Shown: positions 36,396 to 50,200 of the stretch, one piece after another
Position numbering within the stretch: position 1 is the stretch's first letter
Layout: every line of letters begins with the position of its first letter
Assembly: GCA_028534125.1 (NCBI GenBank)
Contig: CM052816.1
Location: 41,542,001-41,606,000 of the forward strand
Direction: 5' to 3'
Length of the DNA stretch: 64,000 nucleotides
Origin: Lama glama
Taxonomy: Eukaryota
Translations under genes and position numbers: made by a program
The notes under the pieces: model-generated
What the model was told of the DNA's origin: nothing
Databases searched by the model: none
What the model saw: the letters and a program-made list of their open reading frames with translations, nothing else

Positions 36396-38679
36396 CCTCC
36401 TCTAAGGAAGATACATAAAATACATATTCACACACAAATGATCCCTTAATAATGGTCCTGTGGCCCCAAATGTCATTCTGGTTTGTGATCTCTTCCTGTC
36501 CAGTGGCCCCCTTTCCACTCAGATCCCCAGCTAACCTTTCACCTCCTTCACAACCTCTAAATGTCAAACAAGTTTTCATTTTGACAAGACACTGAGAACG
36601 TTATATTTTGTGCTGTCCCAGGTTATTTCATGACTCTTTCCTTTTCCTTCCCAAGAAGGAAGACAAACATTCATGTGATGATTCTGGCCCAGAATCCTTC
36701 CCTGGTAACTGACAGTGAGCTGATCAGTAGCTCCTCAGAGTCCTCACTGCACCGATGGCCAACAGTGAGTTCATGGCATTGCTATTTGGTGGCTCCAAAG
36801 AAGGTCTTGAGAGAAAATGAATTTATCATCTCTCAACCTCCCCTCCAGGGACTCCTACCTTACTGCTTCCCACTGGAAGCCTTCGGAAGCCCTTTGTACT
36901 GTCAAATAGCATCATTTCTCTTGGCAGTGCTAAATTATTGAGACAATCCTGTTTTTTAAAAATGTCACTTTTGTGCAGGTACTTGGTTAAATCATGTGTG
37001 CTTTGGTCTTGTATATTCAGTCTGGTAGCAGAAAGTTAATTTTTTTCTTCTTTTGGAGTTGGAGTTTTCATCATTGAAACAAAAAATGGGTCCTAAAACT
37101 GTCACCCATGAAGAAATCTCAGAAAACACCGCCCTGTTGCTTTCTTCTTGCCGGAGTTTGGTGGACCTAACTTTAATATATTTTAGTTGATAGGACTGGT
37201 TTGTTCAACTGGTTTGAACATCATTCTAACAAGGCATACAGTCTACCTCTGTAGAATCTGTTAGTGTATCCTCCTGGGCCCTGAATGCCGTCTCCTTGTA
37301 AATCCACTCACCACTCACATCCTCACTCCAAGCACGTGCCTCGTGGACATCACATTTAGGGCACAAAAGACTGTGTGTTCTGAAGTTGATAGCGTTAAGC
37401 ATCTTGCTTACTGGAGGTACTCGGGGAGAGAAGGGCAGTAAATTCAAAGGAAGATACCATCTAAATGATAATGCGCATATGGCTTGTCCATTCGGAAGAC
37501 ACACAGAAAATGGACGGAAGCAGACACAATACAGTGACCTGGGGTAGCGAAATGACAAAGAACTGTGAACTGCTTCCCATTTCTTGAATGCCTGATCACA
37601 CTCTCTGGGCAGGAGGGAGATGTTCCCTTGTTCACATACAGACAGACATTTATGTGAGCAGGGAAAACGCAGCTCGGACAGGCTGGCAGCAAGCTGAAAC
37701 CATTATTCCAGCTGATTCCAGGCCATAGGATGCCTGGATGCTCAATGCTGTCAGTCCCTACCATTAAAAAAAAAAAACAACAAAAAAAACCAAACCATGA
37801 TCTTAAGAATTGTTAGCCACCATTTGCTGTTTAAGACAGTAAAACCTCTTCTTCAGGTTTTTGGACAGTTGCTCAAGTTTCAATCCCTGAAACCTGGAGG
37901 TCTGGATATGAAGAGAGTCATACTGAAGAATTTTTTACTTTTAAGGATAGTCTTCATTGTGATGCAGTCTGTTTCTTACTGCTCATTCAGTACAGACACA
38001 TGCATTAGGTACTCAGTGGCTGTAACACTGTCACCCTAATTTGTGTGGTTCAGCTGACATAATTTTCCTTTTTCATTTGCTCTGAACTGCTACACATAAC
38101 AATAAGTTTGAGGATTAACTTTCTATTTCAGAAATGATGACGTAGGTTTCCCCAGTCAGAATTTGCTCCACTGAGTTTGTTACCAAGTAGCAGTCATGGT
38201 GATTTCCTGTGCCTTCGGTTTAATTCTTTTTCAAGCTTTTCTACCCTTTGACATGTTTCTTGAACAAAGACCAACTTGTGATCTTGTGATGTCTCTTTTT
38301 AGAACACCCAAGAAGTGGGGATTTCCAAAAGTTTCTAAAGCCAGAAAATCCTGCCCCCAAGATCCGTCCCACCAGAGGTAAGTTGTTGCCAAACCAAATG
38401 CAGGTCCCATGTCTGCAGGGGACCAAAATTAATACTTAAGACAGAACTATGGGATCATACCTGTGAACCAATCTCACAGATACTGACTTACCTGCAATTT
38501 CTTAGAATTTAAAGAGGAAAAACTACAATAGTGGTACAGTTTGGAAAATAATTGAGTCTGTTCAAGCAGTGGACTTACTGTCAGTAATCATGAAGGATTT
38601 GCATGAAGACACCCTCAGTCCCTTTCTTCTGCTATTTCTCAGCTCTTCCAGCAGGTGTCACTATAATCACAGAACAAAC

Positions 38680-41483
38680 ATTCCACAGCATGGTATGTAT
38701 TTATTTTTCTAGCATAATAATTTAAAGTATTTACACACTGCACACTCACTGTTTTACACAGATACTTATTCATATACCTATGAACCACATCTAAAGGTTT
38801 CTTTGCAAAGACTCGACACACTGCGGGGGTTTCCAAGCATAACAAAGAGAAGGAAAGGACAAAAAAATGTTCTGAGTCTTTTAAAGACAGCCATGTGGAG
38901 CATCTGTGAAAACCAGTGTTTTCCCACAAGTTTTAAGCTCCCCCAGAAGACCTTTGAACAACTACAGCCTACCTACGTGTTGGTATGACCCGAAACTCTT
39001 CTGGTTAAGGAGGATTTCGAAAACCAATGTCCAAGTAGCATTTTCTTTAGACATTCTAGAAAAGAAACAAGAGACGATAAACCAGGCCCTTCTCAAGAGA
39101 AATACCAGTATTTCTCATACAGTTATCTGCGGGCATGACTGCATCATACAGGGACACTGATTATACAGGGGGAATAGCTAAACTCACTGGTACTAACCGT
39201 AGTGATGAAGAGGACGCTTGTAAGCATCCTTTCCAGGAAAATGATATGGCAAAACCACCCAATTTCCTTTTCTCAGCTGTGAATAGAGGTGGTTGTTTTG
39301 CTTTCCCTGACAAGGACAAAGGTATATTAATCATATACACTCTAAACCCAGATACTGTAGAAACATCTACTATTATTTTTACTTCACTTTTAGACTATTT
39401 GCACAAAAATAGTGGTTAGAAGTACCCTAAATACTTTTCCTTCTTCATTCTACTCAATTACATAACAAAATCACCAGCTAACTATAGCTTCTGAACCTGG
39501 CACGTGGTTCTGTAGGTGAACAAAAGCAGTCACAGTTCAGAGCTGATGGAAGGTAGGCCCCCCAGTCCAGCCTCTATAAAAGGGTAACAGGTTTAGGTTT
39601 CAACTCTCTGGCACTGCATTCTTAGTAAGAAGCAGGACACCTTCACAATTTTCCCAAACAGGTCAAGACTACTCTCTCATGTACCAGAAGGTTGAGAGGT
39701 TTGCTGCCTCTGGATGCATCCACAGCTCCATCCTGTGACTGAATGATAGGTCAGCTCACAGAGAAACAGAACTTCACAGAATGACACCCTCCTTTCCTGC
39801 CAGTCTGGGCCTCTGGCAGTGCCATATCAACAGCTATCTGGCCAACTAAAACCAAGCACAGTCTTGACCCAAACTGCTAAGTATTGAAAGTTCATTAATT
39901 TTTGCTTGCATTTATGTAAATGATTAAGGGAAAGGACACATTCTATCACTTCTTCTTGGAACCAAACATTTACATTTTAGATCTAACAATGTAAACCTAC
40001 CCATCCTGCAGTTCACCATCTCACTGTGCTTGCCTTTTGCTGGTGCTGCTTTCCTTTTGCAAGAGATGCCAACAATGCAATGAAAGAGGCAAAGAGATAA
40101 GTTTACTTTACAGTGATTTCACCAAGTTATGTGAGCAACTGACTATATAATATTCACCTACAGACGTTAAGAGGGAGAATAACTGATTACACAAAGACAC
40201 CACCTGGGGTGCAACGCTGCCCAACGAGAATGTCTGGACTAACCTGCACCCAGAGTTAGCTGCGTACGGAGTCAGGCCAAGGAAGCTCTTCTGTCTTGAA
40301 TGCCCTAGTCCATTTCATCATGCACACAGATTCATCAAAAACTGTAAGACCATGGTGCAAAGGGCAAAGAAGAGTGGAAAACTTGGTGATAGGATCTCGG
40401 CCTTGATATTAAAGAAAGAACCTAACAAACCCCAGTCCCTGGGCTCCTAAGGTGAGACTGGGTAGGGCTTATTGGAGTGGACCCTGGGAACAGTGTGTTT
40501 CTGGGCCCAAGAACCATGGAAGTGAAGGCTAAGAACGTGGGCTTGAACAAATTACAGAGGTAAGAAAAAGGCCTGATTACTAAACTTATGTTTTTGCAGT
40601 TAGTTTGTTCAAGGCAGAATAGAGTTAAAAGAGAGGAAAAGCTACAGTTTAAACAGGGGTATGGGATGACAAAGTCCGGGAGCTACTGGGGTCTAGCAAT
40701 GCCTGGTATTTATCTATGAAATTGCCATTGCCAGCCCCTTTTGACCTATAAAAACAGCAGTTTCATATGGTTCAACCTACCATACTCTTAAGTGCTGAGC
40801 TATAACAATCATTCCTAGTTACTAAGAACTGTATTAATATTCTCCCCACCTTCTGAGAAAGTGACAGCTCTTAAAGAGGGAGAGGGCTTCCTAGAGATCA
40901 GTGTTTAACAGCACCAAAATCACCCGAAGAGGGGTTAACTGTCCTTCCAAATCAAGTGGGGGCAGAAGAAGGGGGTGAAGACCTAGCTCAAAGGAACGAG
41001 GCGGCTGCACTTGGAGGCGGCAGGTGAGAGCCGCACGTGTGGCGATGAGCAGCAGCAGGAAAGGACAGGAGGGCGCAGCCAAGAAGAGCCACAGACAACG
41101 TCGCCGATCACCTTCAGAGGGAACGCTGCATATGATGTCTGTGCATAGGTACTGTATACATACTAACCAGGTACACACATAAATATTTAATATATAAAAA
41201 ATAAAGTGCTTTCTAACAGGTCCCAGGAAGGGACATTATAAAACATTTCACAAAACTGCAAAACAAAATCGATACAATCAAAGAACACTACATCCAACAT
41301 ACGTGAGAACAGTCAAACACAATATGTACAATCAGGTGGGTGTCCCAGGACAAACATCCTGCCATATACATGGTATATACATATATACTCTTTTACTCAA
41401 TATATTATGACAATATATATTTTAAAATTTTGTTACAGACAAAAAAAAATTAAAATAAAAAAGAAAAAAACAGAAGACAACCC
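38680..41483 (-). other. RGMB: RGMB 3'UTR (inferred)
   Basis: Stretch between stop codon and poly(A) signal with no recognisable repeats; contains AU-rich, Pumilio and miRNA seed elements. Confidence 0.55.
38700..38705 (-). terminator. RGMB: Probable RGMB poly(A) signal AATAAA
   Basis: tttatt on plus strand; GU-rich downstream tract on minus (tgtggaatgtttgttctgtg, ~38688-38669); ~2.8 kb past the stop codon. Confidence 0.6.
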
Positions 41484-42152
41484 CTACAAAGACACAATAA
41501 GGATCAAGCAGGCGAGTCCTAGACTGACAGACACACAGCTGCTGCCGCGGGGGGCGCCCCGGCTGCTGCTGGGGAAAATGTGCCAGCGCTCCTTCCTGGG
41601 GTGCAACGCCTCCACATCCTCCAAGGCACTGTGGGCTGCGGCGGTGAAGTTGGCGTCGCCGGTGGTGAGCAGGTCAAAGACACAGGACTGGAAGTAGATG
41701 TCCTTCACCGGCATCTTCTCGTGGCACTGCGCGTTGGCGCTCTCCAGTGTGTAGCCCGGCCAGGCCGGGGCCGGGGAGGAGCGGGGCGGGCTGTGTCCCA
41801 GGATGGCGGACACCTGGCCCTGCCCGTCGTCGATGCGCTCGCTCAGGGGGCAGCCGTTCACGCACAGCTGCAGGTCCTGGCTCTCCTCGTAGGACATGGC
41901 CAGGTCTTCGGGCATGCGGATGGCCAGGGTCAAGTAGCGACCCAGCTGCCGCACGAACACCGTGGTCCCTATGTAGCGGGCGTGCATCTCCACGTAGCGG
42001 CCACTCTCCCTCTCCACGATGCGCAGGCTCTTGGCGTCGCCGTCCCCACCACTGGTGCTGCCGTCCACAAAGGCGGCCGGCAGGTCATCTGTCACAGCTT
42101 GGTACACCTTCTGATCGGTGCACTCAGGGTGGGCTTTGAAGATAATCGTGAT
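41484..42152 (-). CDS. RGMB: RGMB last coding exon (C-terminal domain and GPI-anchor signal)
   Basis: Acceptor ttcccacag|ATC; ITIIFKAHPECTDQKVYQAVTDDLPAAFVDG...CVFDLLTTGDANFTAAAHSALEDV...hydrophobic tail; TAG at 41486-41484; 669 nt. Confidence 0.97.
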   Translation of the reverse strand: MTIIFKAHPECTDQKVYQAVTDDLPAAFVDGSTSGGDGDAKSLRIVERESGRYVEMHARYIGTTVFVRQLGRYLTLAIRMPEDLAMSYEESQDLQLCVNGCPLSERIDDGQGQVSAILGHSPPRSSPAPAWPGYTLESANAQCHEKMPVKDIYFQSCVFDLLTTGDANFTAAAHSALEDVEALHPRKERWHIFPSSSRGAPRGSSCVSVSLGLACLILIVSL

Positions 42153-42444
42153 CTGTGGGAAGCAATGCGTACAAAGTTTAACACGAGGGCAGGACCATAG
42201 GATGGTCCACGCCTCCAGAGCAAGAGTTGAATGGCTCCATTCTGGAGTCGAACGGCTGGAGAGACAATCTCCAAACTCAGCCCATTTGCTCCTGCCTCAC
42301 AGGTGAATGGCGTCACTGTTAGGGAAAATTCTAAGTCCTGTGTATTTACAATGAAAATTTTAACAGAGATCCTGGGAATGTGCAACAGGAAAAATTTTTT
42401 CTTTACTTTCCTAAGAACAGTGCTGCTGTTGGGATAAAAGCAAT

Positions 42445-42551
42445 TTTTTTAACTTGCATTTATTTAGTGATTGATTGAGGTACTGGGGACTGAACCCATG
42501 GCCTCCTGCATGCTAAGCATGGGCTCTACCACTGAGCTATATCTCTTCCCC
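42445..42551 (-). mobile_element. tRNA-Ala-derived SINE (vic-1-like) in RGMB intron 2
   Basis: gaggtactggggactgaacccatggcctcctgcatgctaagcatgggctctaccactgagctata; TSD tgggataaaagcaat / tgggatacaggcaat. Confidence 0.88.
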
Positions 42552-45500
42552 TGGGATACAGGCAATCTTTATTGATAATTTGTATCTTATCTCCTCCTAA
42601 AAACAGATGAGGCATGGTATAGCTCTGAGGGGGGAAAAAAAGATTCCTGAGTTATGCAGAAGCCCTTAAAGGCTTAATTAACAATATACCTTCCAGAACT
42701 TTGATTTCTAAAAAGATTCTGTTGGACTGTAAAACCATATCCCATGTCTCATCACTACAAACTTGCTCATCAACACTGAGGAAGAAGAGGAGAGCTGGGG
42801 AGGGGGCTGTCCCAGCAACAGCTAGCAATCACGTGCCTCAGGAAAGACTTCTCTAAGCCCCTTAATCAAATGTTGCGCATGACTAACTAATCCCCGTGAC
42901 AGGGAAACCACTTGGCAAATGCAGCTCCCAGCACTGGCAGAGAGTAAGTACCCTAAACCTAGTTACAGCAAATGTTTTCCCCAAACAGTACCAGGTCCTT
43001 TCAACTTCCCCGAAATCTGTTCCCCTGTCATCTCTTAACTCTCCAAATGAAGCAGACAATTCATGGAGAACAAACTACTGATGAGGTAAAAACTTCTCTT
43101 TGGTGAATCCATTTTCTTTCTTTAATTAGAACACTTACTTAAAGATGCACTTGGAGCACCTTTACCTCCAACATCCTCAGCATCTCTGGTACAGGTGAAG
43201 GAAGGAAGACCACCAGGAAGAGACAGGGCTTTCTGGGGTTCACAAGGTGGGAAAATCGTCCCAAAGGAAAGAAAAAAGACTACATTTGGACATTTGAGTT
43301 ATTATCAGTAACTGAGAGAATAGCTTATTCTTCTTCTTGAGGGAAAAAAGAAGAATCAGGTGACTTCAGTCAAGGAGTCAGGTAGACAGACACAGGCCAA
43401 ACATGCTACAAGTGACTACAAGCACGAGAGGGACCCTCCCACCTCCTGCAAGGGACCTAATCAAAACAATGGATCCTTGTTAAAAAGACCAGAAAATGTG
43501 CTGGCCCTGCTCCCCACCCTTTCTCTACAAGTCCTCACCACCGCCCTCAAGTTTATGTCTCAAGCTTTCTCCCCAACTTGGCCAGCATTTGCTCACACGA
43601 TTTAATTCCACATGCTCCCACTGGTGCTACTTGACTAGAATTTTCCAGCCATTTCATCTCACTTCAGCCAGTTATAAAGCCAGATCTGAACCAGCTGTGC
43701 TGCAGCAACTGGTTAAATTCATATCCGTTGTTTGCAGCTGCAACTAAAAGCCAGACAATGTGCTGTGAAAATGCGTGGTTTTCTCCCTTCCTAATTAACC
43801 TGAGCCACAGTTTAATTTCACGACCAGCCTTCTCACATTTCAACACCTTCTTAACAACCTGAAGGAGGTGTACCAGAGATGATTTCAGGAAATTTGTTGT
43901 GCATCCAACCATAGGACCTTCCACAGCGAATGGAATTTTGAGCTAGATATCTAACGGGACTATAAAACAGATTTATTTGGTGGCTCTAAAGACAGTTTGA
44001 CAAGTGTTTTTTTTTGCTTTGTTTTGTTTCTTCTAAGGCAAGCTGGGATCCGTCAGAGGTGAAAAGATTAATTCAAGTAAATTCTGCACCTGAAAGAGTT
44101 GAAAGTCAATACAGATGGCTAAAATAAGGGTCAGTAATAGACTCTTCATAGAATTGCTACCCACATTTTCAACTAGAACATTCACACTCAAGGAATAAAT
44201 GAACTCTTCTACAACAGCTAAGTAATCTGTTCTAGTCTAACAAAGCTCAAATTTAAACCACCTTGGCATTTTTTGTTCACCTTAGGAAAATGAAAGAGGA
44301 ATTAGTTTTGTTGGGACAACACAGCAGAGAGATCCAATTCCAAACAAGTTTCCAAAAAGACAAGCAAGGGTCAAGAGTGCACCACTCCATGTCTCATCTA
44401 GTCTCTGTTGTTTTCATTAAAAACACCAATTCCAATTCAGGAGTCACTGCAAACACCTCTCACATTATTGTCCTCTGCTATGCCTGTGACACGAACAGGA
44501 ACTCCCACCCCTCTAGAAGATCAAGTGAAACTTAAAGATTGACCTCTGCACTACTACCTACACTTACAGAACACTCCAGTTTACCTAACAGGTTTTTGTC
44601 TGTCTGTCCAGTTTCCTAGGCGTGTTTTCTCTATGACACAACGAATCTGGTATTTCTCTTGTTGTTCCTCTTCTAGGTGAAATACTTTCTCACAGAGCAT
44701 ACATGCCCTTGAATCAAAATGCTGAGGCTGACGGATTGATCTCAAAGCACGAGAGAGGTTTCCTGAGTGGTCCTCTGTAGTTGAAGTAGGTACTGAAGAG
44801 GTACCTAGAGATACAATCAATGTCAATGCAGAAAACACTGGGTAACAGTTTCACATGTCTTCCAAGTTTTGTAATGTAATTTCATTCCTCATACAATTAC
44901 AACTTCAGGTCTGAAAAAGCAAGCACTCAGCCATGAAGGGCCAGAAATTCATTTTCAGATTCTGTCTCCTTCAGAAATACGTAACTTATTCACTCTTAAT
45001 AATTCTTACTTTAAAAACATTCAAAATTTAATTGGAATATTTGGAAATTCCACACGTTTTACCTTTCCAACTGGCGGCCATAGGAGGGTAAAAACAGGAC
45101 ATTCAAAATTGGATTCTAAAGCTCTCAAACAGACCATTTAAAGACATCAGCTATGCTACTCACTCCCCCTTCTAGAACTGATGCAAATGCTGTAATAACT
45201 CAATTTGGCACATCTGTTCTATGCCACACCATTTATTATTGATGGATGGCATTTCTGTGCATTTAAAACATCAATGCCTTTTGTTAAACCTCCCCTACCC
45301 AGCCCCTCCCAAACCCCCACCTCAGACAACCCACTCCAGTCTCCTCATTCATTTTTAATGCCTCACTCCCTGAGATCTTTACCACCCACAGGGTCTCTTA
45401 GGAAGAAAAAGATAGCAGCTACAAATCAACATTTCTACATGTGAAAGGCAATGCGGAGTTAAGGTCTGCTGTGAAATACCAATATTTAGAGGCACCTGCC

Positions 45501-47178
45501 TCTCCTTTCTACCAGGAAAAAGAAAAACAAAAATCAACAAAAAAAACGAGGTAGCCAACAAAAAGGAGAGCCAGGCACTCACTGCCTTGCCAATGCACAG
45601 ACAGAGCTTCCTCAGGCTCAGCCAGCCCTGCAAAGTGCTGCACAGAGGTTTTCAAACAGCAGAATTCCCCACAGGCTGTGCACTTAACTCTTTGTGCTTA
45701 TTGTATTTTGTATTTATCGGTATTTATCGGTGTTTAATCAGGCCATTTTGCACTGCAAAACAAGTGCAGGACCTTCCCGGAATCCTCAAATACCACAACT
45801 GGACTTTTAGATCATGGGACTCCCACCTCCTGGATTAAGATGGGCCAGCAAACTGAACTGAAACAGTCAGAGAAATCAGTTTGGAACCCAGGAAAACACA
45901 ACTTTGATATGTACCTGGTTAAAATTCTGCTTGTGTTAAAGGAATCTAAAATGAATTTTATTTCATATAATTAGCTGATACAGCTACTTCCTCAGATCCT
46001 CTGGGTGCAATTACAGGCCATGACAACAGGCGACTGTGGGAGACGTAGCTGACCTGTGCCCGTGGCCCCTCTGCTCTGACCCAGCTCAGGGGCAGCTCCT
46101 ACAAGCCAACCGCGAGGCTAAGCAAAAAAGAAATCATTCCAACAAGACCACATGCTTCAAAGGAAAAACATGCGTGCTCTATCTCCAGCTCTGAAACACC
46201 TAATCTTTACTTCTGAGGGCCGATCTTTCTAAACGTGGAGAAGTCAGAGCCTAGGGAGCCCTGAAGCACGGAGAGGAAGTAGAGGCCTTTGAAGGCACCT
46301 CTTCCAGTGTTTGCCCTGGTTACCCACCCCTTGCCCGCGTCCCCGCCTGGCAGAGAAATCAGGCATGTGTATCTCGGGACGGAGAACTCTGGACCTCTCT
46401 ATCTTGAAACAAGAGCAGGAAACAAGAGCATATTCAGCTAGAAAAACTTCCTGTTTGAACAACTTCATATAAAAATGTAGGAGATGGTATGTACCATATT
46501 TAAGGGAAAAAAATGTTGGGTTGGTTAATAATTGGTGCTATTGACACTTTTCCTGAAAAACTAAGAAAAAAATCCACTAGAAAGGTGTGAACTTAATAAA
46601 CTGGATGTCATTTTACCATCACTCTCAGCCTATATGTCAGCTATCTACCTACAGGAAGTCTGAACTTAAGACCTACAAAAGTGTATTTTTTCTTAAATAA
46701 CTTCATTGGACTAGGACAAGAGACTAACAGGAAGACAGGAGTACATGTGTTTAAAAGAAGTGTGGTAGGGAAAAAAATCACTCTAGAATCCTTTTAGGGC
46801 TTGAATTAGACTATAAGAACGTTTTCCCTTCTAAAGAGGTAACAAAATAGGTTTCTCTACCCTGACGAGTCTCTTTCTATAGAGCTTTTGGTCTAGGAGC
46901 ACTTACAGGATTCCAGAGAAATGGAATGGATCAGACTTCTTTATTCCTCAGTGTTGCCCTAGGTAATGCATGCAGGAACAAGGGCTGCCTTGGCTGCTGG
47001 AGGGGTTCTTGGCAGCAGATGGAGAAAGAAGAAACCAAACCAGAGGGGAAGGACACCCACAGCTGAGGCTGCTAGGGTGGTCCAGGGGAGAAGGGGAGAA
47101 GCATTAAGTTCAGTGGTTGGAAAGAGCATGAGAGAGAGAGAGAAGCAAGCCCAGGGATGGCACATAAAAGGGACAGGC

Positions 47179-47184
47179 AAAAAA

Positions 47185-47216
<32 letters not shown>

Positions 47217-47237
47217 AGAAAGAAAGAAAGAAAAAAG
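47179..47237. repeat. Poly(A)/(AAAG)n purine tract
   Basis: Long A run followed by gaaaa/gaaa units; a similar tract lies at ~47864-47901. Confidence 0.95.
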
Positions 47238-50200
47238 TCAACTTCCAAAGAGCAATTTCTGCACACTTAAAACAAGGAAAGCTGGAGTATAAATAGGCTC
47301 AGAGGCAGGGAAATCGGCCAGTTTCCTTGTACAGACCAGAGCTACTGCTGCGCTGACTTTGGGGAGGAAAGGCCTCTGGTCTTCACAGTCTTAGCATTCG
47401 GAGAACTCCACAGGGGACTTACTTGTTTGTTGCATCCAGACTTCACATTATGAGAAGGCCAGCAAATGTAGAACTCACTATGCTTCTGACGTGAAGTCAG
47501 GCATGTGTGGACAGTATTACAGGCCTAGGCTGCCACTGTGCTTTAGACCAGAGGCTAAAAATATTCTGAAAGGTGAGAGCCAGTACTGCCCGAGGCAGTA
47601 ACTCCAGGGGCAGGAATCTGCCCTAGCTGGTCTTGCTTTCAGGGATCTCCCTCCTCATGGGGGTGGCAGGGCCTTGGGCAAAGGCTCTGGGCCTTGGTTC
47701 AGCACAGCTGTTTCCCAAACCCATGGGGATTAGGAAATCACAGCCTCTTTGATCATTTTTTCAGTTTTGGGAGTTGATTCAAAAAGCAAAAGGGCCTGAA
47801 GGTCTTCATGATATACTCCTTTTTTGTCACTTCTAGGTTCAATTTCAGGTTCTCAGGGCTATCAAAAAAAAAAAAAAAAAAAAAAGGAAAGGAAAGGAAA
47901 GCCCACTCAGGAACTAGGTGGTCAAAGGCAGTGACCATACATTTCAAGAAGCCAGTTAACCAGAAAGCTACAGAACAGTCTCCCTCTGTCTTCACCTTCC
48001 CGAAGCAGGGAGAGAGGAAGGCGTGGACACCACACCAGCGCATGTGTGTGCAAGTGTGTGGACTGAGACCCACCTTTAAATGGCAAGATTAACCCTGACC
48101 CCCATTTCAGGAGCACATGCAGAGGAGATGGGAAGTCAGTGTTTAAATGCTGTCACATCAGTTCTATACACAGGAATACATCCTACTTTCCAACACTGAA
48201 AGAACCCCACTAGACGTAGACAAAGGTTCTGTGGGCTCCAAGTCTTAAAATAACCAACTCACTGGGTCATACGGAACTCCTCTCTCCACAGACCGTTCCA
48301 CCTGAAGTTCTTTCTAGACTCAACAGCACTGTTTTCACTGGTTAAGTTCTGTATCTTAGGTGTGTGTTGCTGTTCTTGTCAGTTATCACTTACTGACAAG
48401 CTGAGCGGTTTAAGAAGTCCTGAAGTTACCCCACCCACAAGAACACAATTCACAGTGGAAAAGCGAGTTCTATGGCAGTCAAAACAAACAAAGACAAAAT
48501 GGGAAAGGTAGCATTCTCATTGTTCAACACTGTAGGTAACTCTTACATGCCACATTCTGCACAGGCAGAAACCGGTTAGCATTAATTGAAGCCAACAAAA
48601 AAAGGGTACCAACCATCCAATGTTTCCTCCTTGCCCCTTCCTCTCAAAATGTTGACTCAAAAGAAAATTTAACAGGGTAGACAGAGATATTTGGAAAAGT
48701 GACAGAAAAACAAGTTCTAACTCTCAGCTGTGTATCAGACTTGGCCTCGTGCCTTTGGTTTAAACTATGGAGTGTGTTACCTGTTTTAAAGTTGCAGAGG
48801 GCCACAGCACCCACACGGAATCCTGCCTGGCTCAGGCGGGAGCTGGGTGAATTGCACTTACAAATGGGAGATTCTGAAGCTCCCCTTCCTCTTTCCAAAC
48901 CACCTCTGGGACAGAGGCAGTGGCACAGTAAGGAAGATTCAAAATATAAAACTTGGAAGATACACTGACAAAAATTTTACACAGTTTTAGATGGTTTCCA
49001 CTAACATCTATGTTTCTTCATTCCAGAGACTAGAAAGATGGTAAAAGACCCATTACTCAGGGTATCTGAATGTGCATGGACAATTTAAAGGTGTTCCTTA
49101 CTTGGGAAGTACAACATCAAGAATAACCAAGGTAGGCCCACTTCTGTCTATGGAGCTAGTAATTTCTCCTCCTTTTTCTGCTTCCTTTCCTCACGTATGC
49201 TTGAAAATCCTTTTACCTCCAGACAATCTGCCGAATCTATATGAAGCAAAGTTGACTAGTTCCTGGGCCTAAGATTTTATAATTCAGTACAAACAAGAGC
49301 TATGCAGGAAACAGAAAAGGACTAATAGGAATGCTACCACCTGGAATTACAGCTGATTTCTGCTCTTCTAAAAACTATTCTTTAAATAGTTTCAAAATTG
49401 TTTCTATAGTAAATAAGTGCAGGGAGGATAAGGATATCTAAGACACACTTTCGTGAGTTTTAAAGATGAGATGGGACCCTGAAAAATGAATTTAACTAAG
49501 AACTGGTGACTCTGATAGTCAAATTCCTTAGAAAGCTTTTTAATATTAAAGCAAAGATCAAAAATCTTTCAGAAGTTGCAGCCAGGGTTCTAGACTCTGC
49601 TAGATTATATAGGACTGAGAAAACCTAGGGGGAGGTGAGGAGCCACTTATGGGAGGTGGAAAGGGAGACTGTGCCAAATCTTAGGGGTAGAAACACTGAC
49701 CCATGACAGTGACCAGTGGGGTGGGTTATGCCCTAGGTCCAGCAGCCCATCTCTCTGGGTCACTCACCTGTTCCTGCCTAACACCCGAGACAACTTGTTG
49801 AGTAGCAGCACTTGAAACCAGTTCATGAATGTGGACCACCAATGTTCTGAAAAGAAACCTGGAAAATAGCTGTTTTGTCACATAAACCCAACAATTCTCC
49901 ACCAACAGCTGCAAATTTTAGTTATGTGTTTTAGACTGAGGCAGAGATTACATTCGCCTCTGCATCTCCCATACACAATAGGCCCTAAATTCTTGGTATT
50001 TCAAATGCAGAACCAAACTATCATATATTTGATCAGAGAAATGAGTATAGTATACTGAGCAGGGGGATACAACTGCAAGCTTCTTTCCCATCTGTTCCGC
50101 TATATGCCTCAATTGGTCTTTTTTTAAAGCATTTCTGCAAAACAAGGAGGACCATGACAAAGAGAAAATCTTAAAGGGATGGCAAGAATTACCTGAATAA

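Noticed and set aside
41580..42200. 206-aa plus-strand ORF
   Set aside because: Antisense shadow of the GC3-rich RGMB exon; no independent gene evidence.
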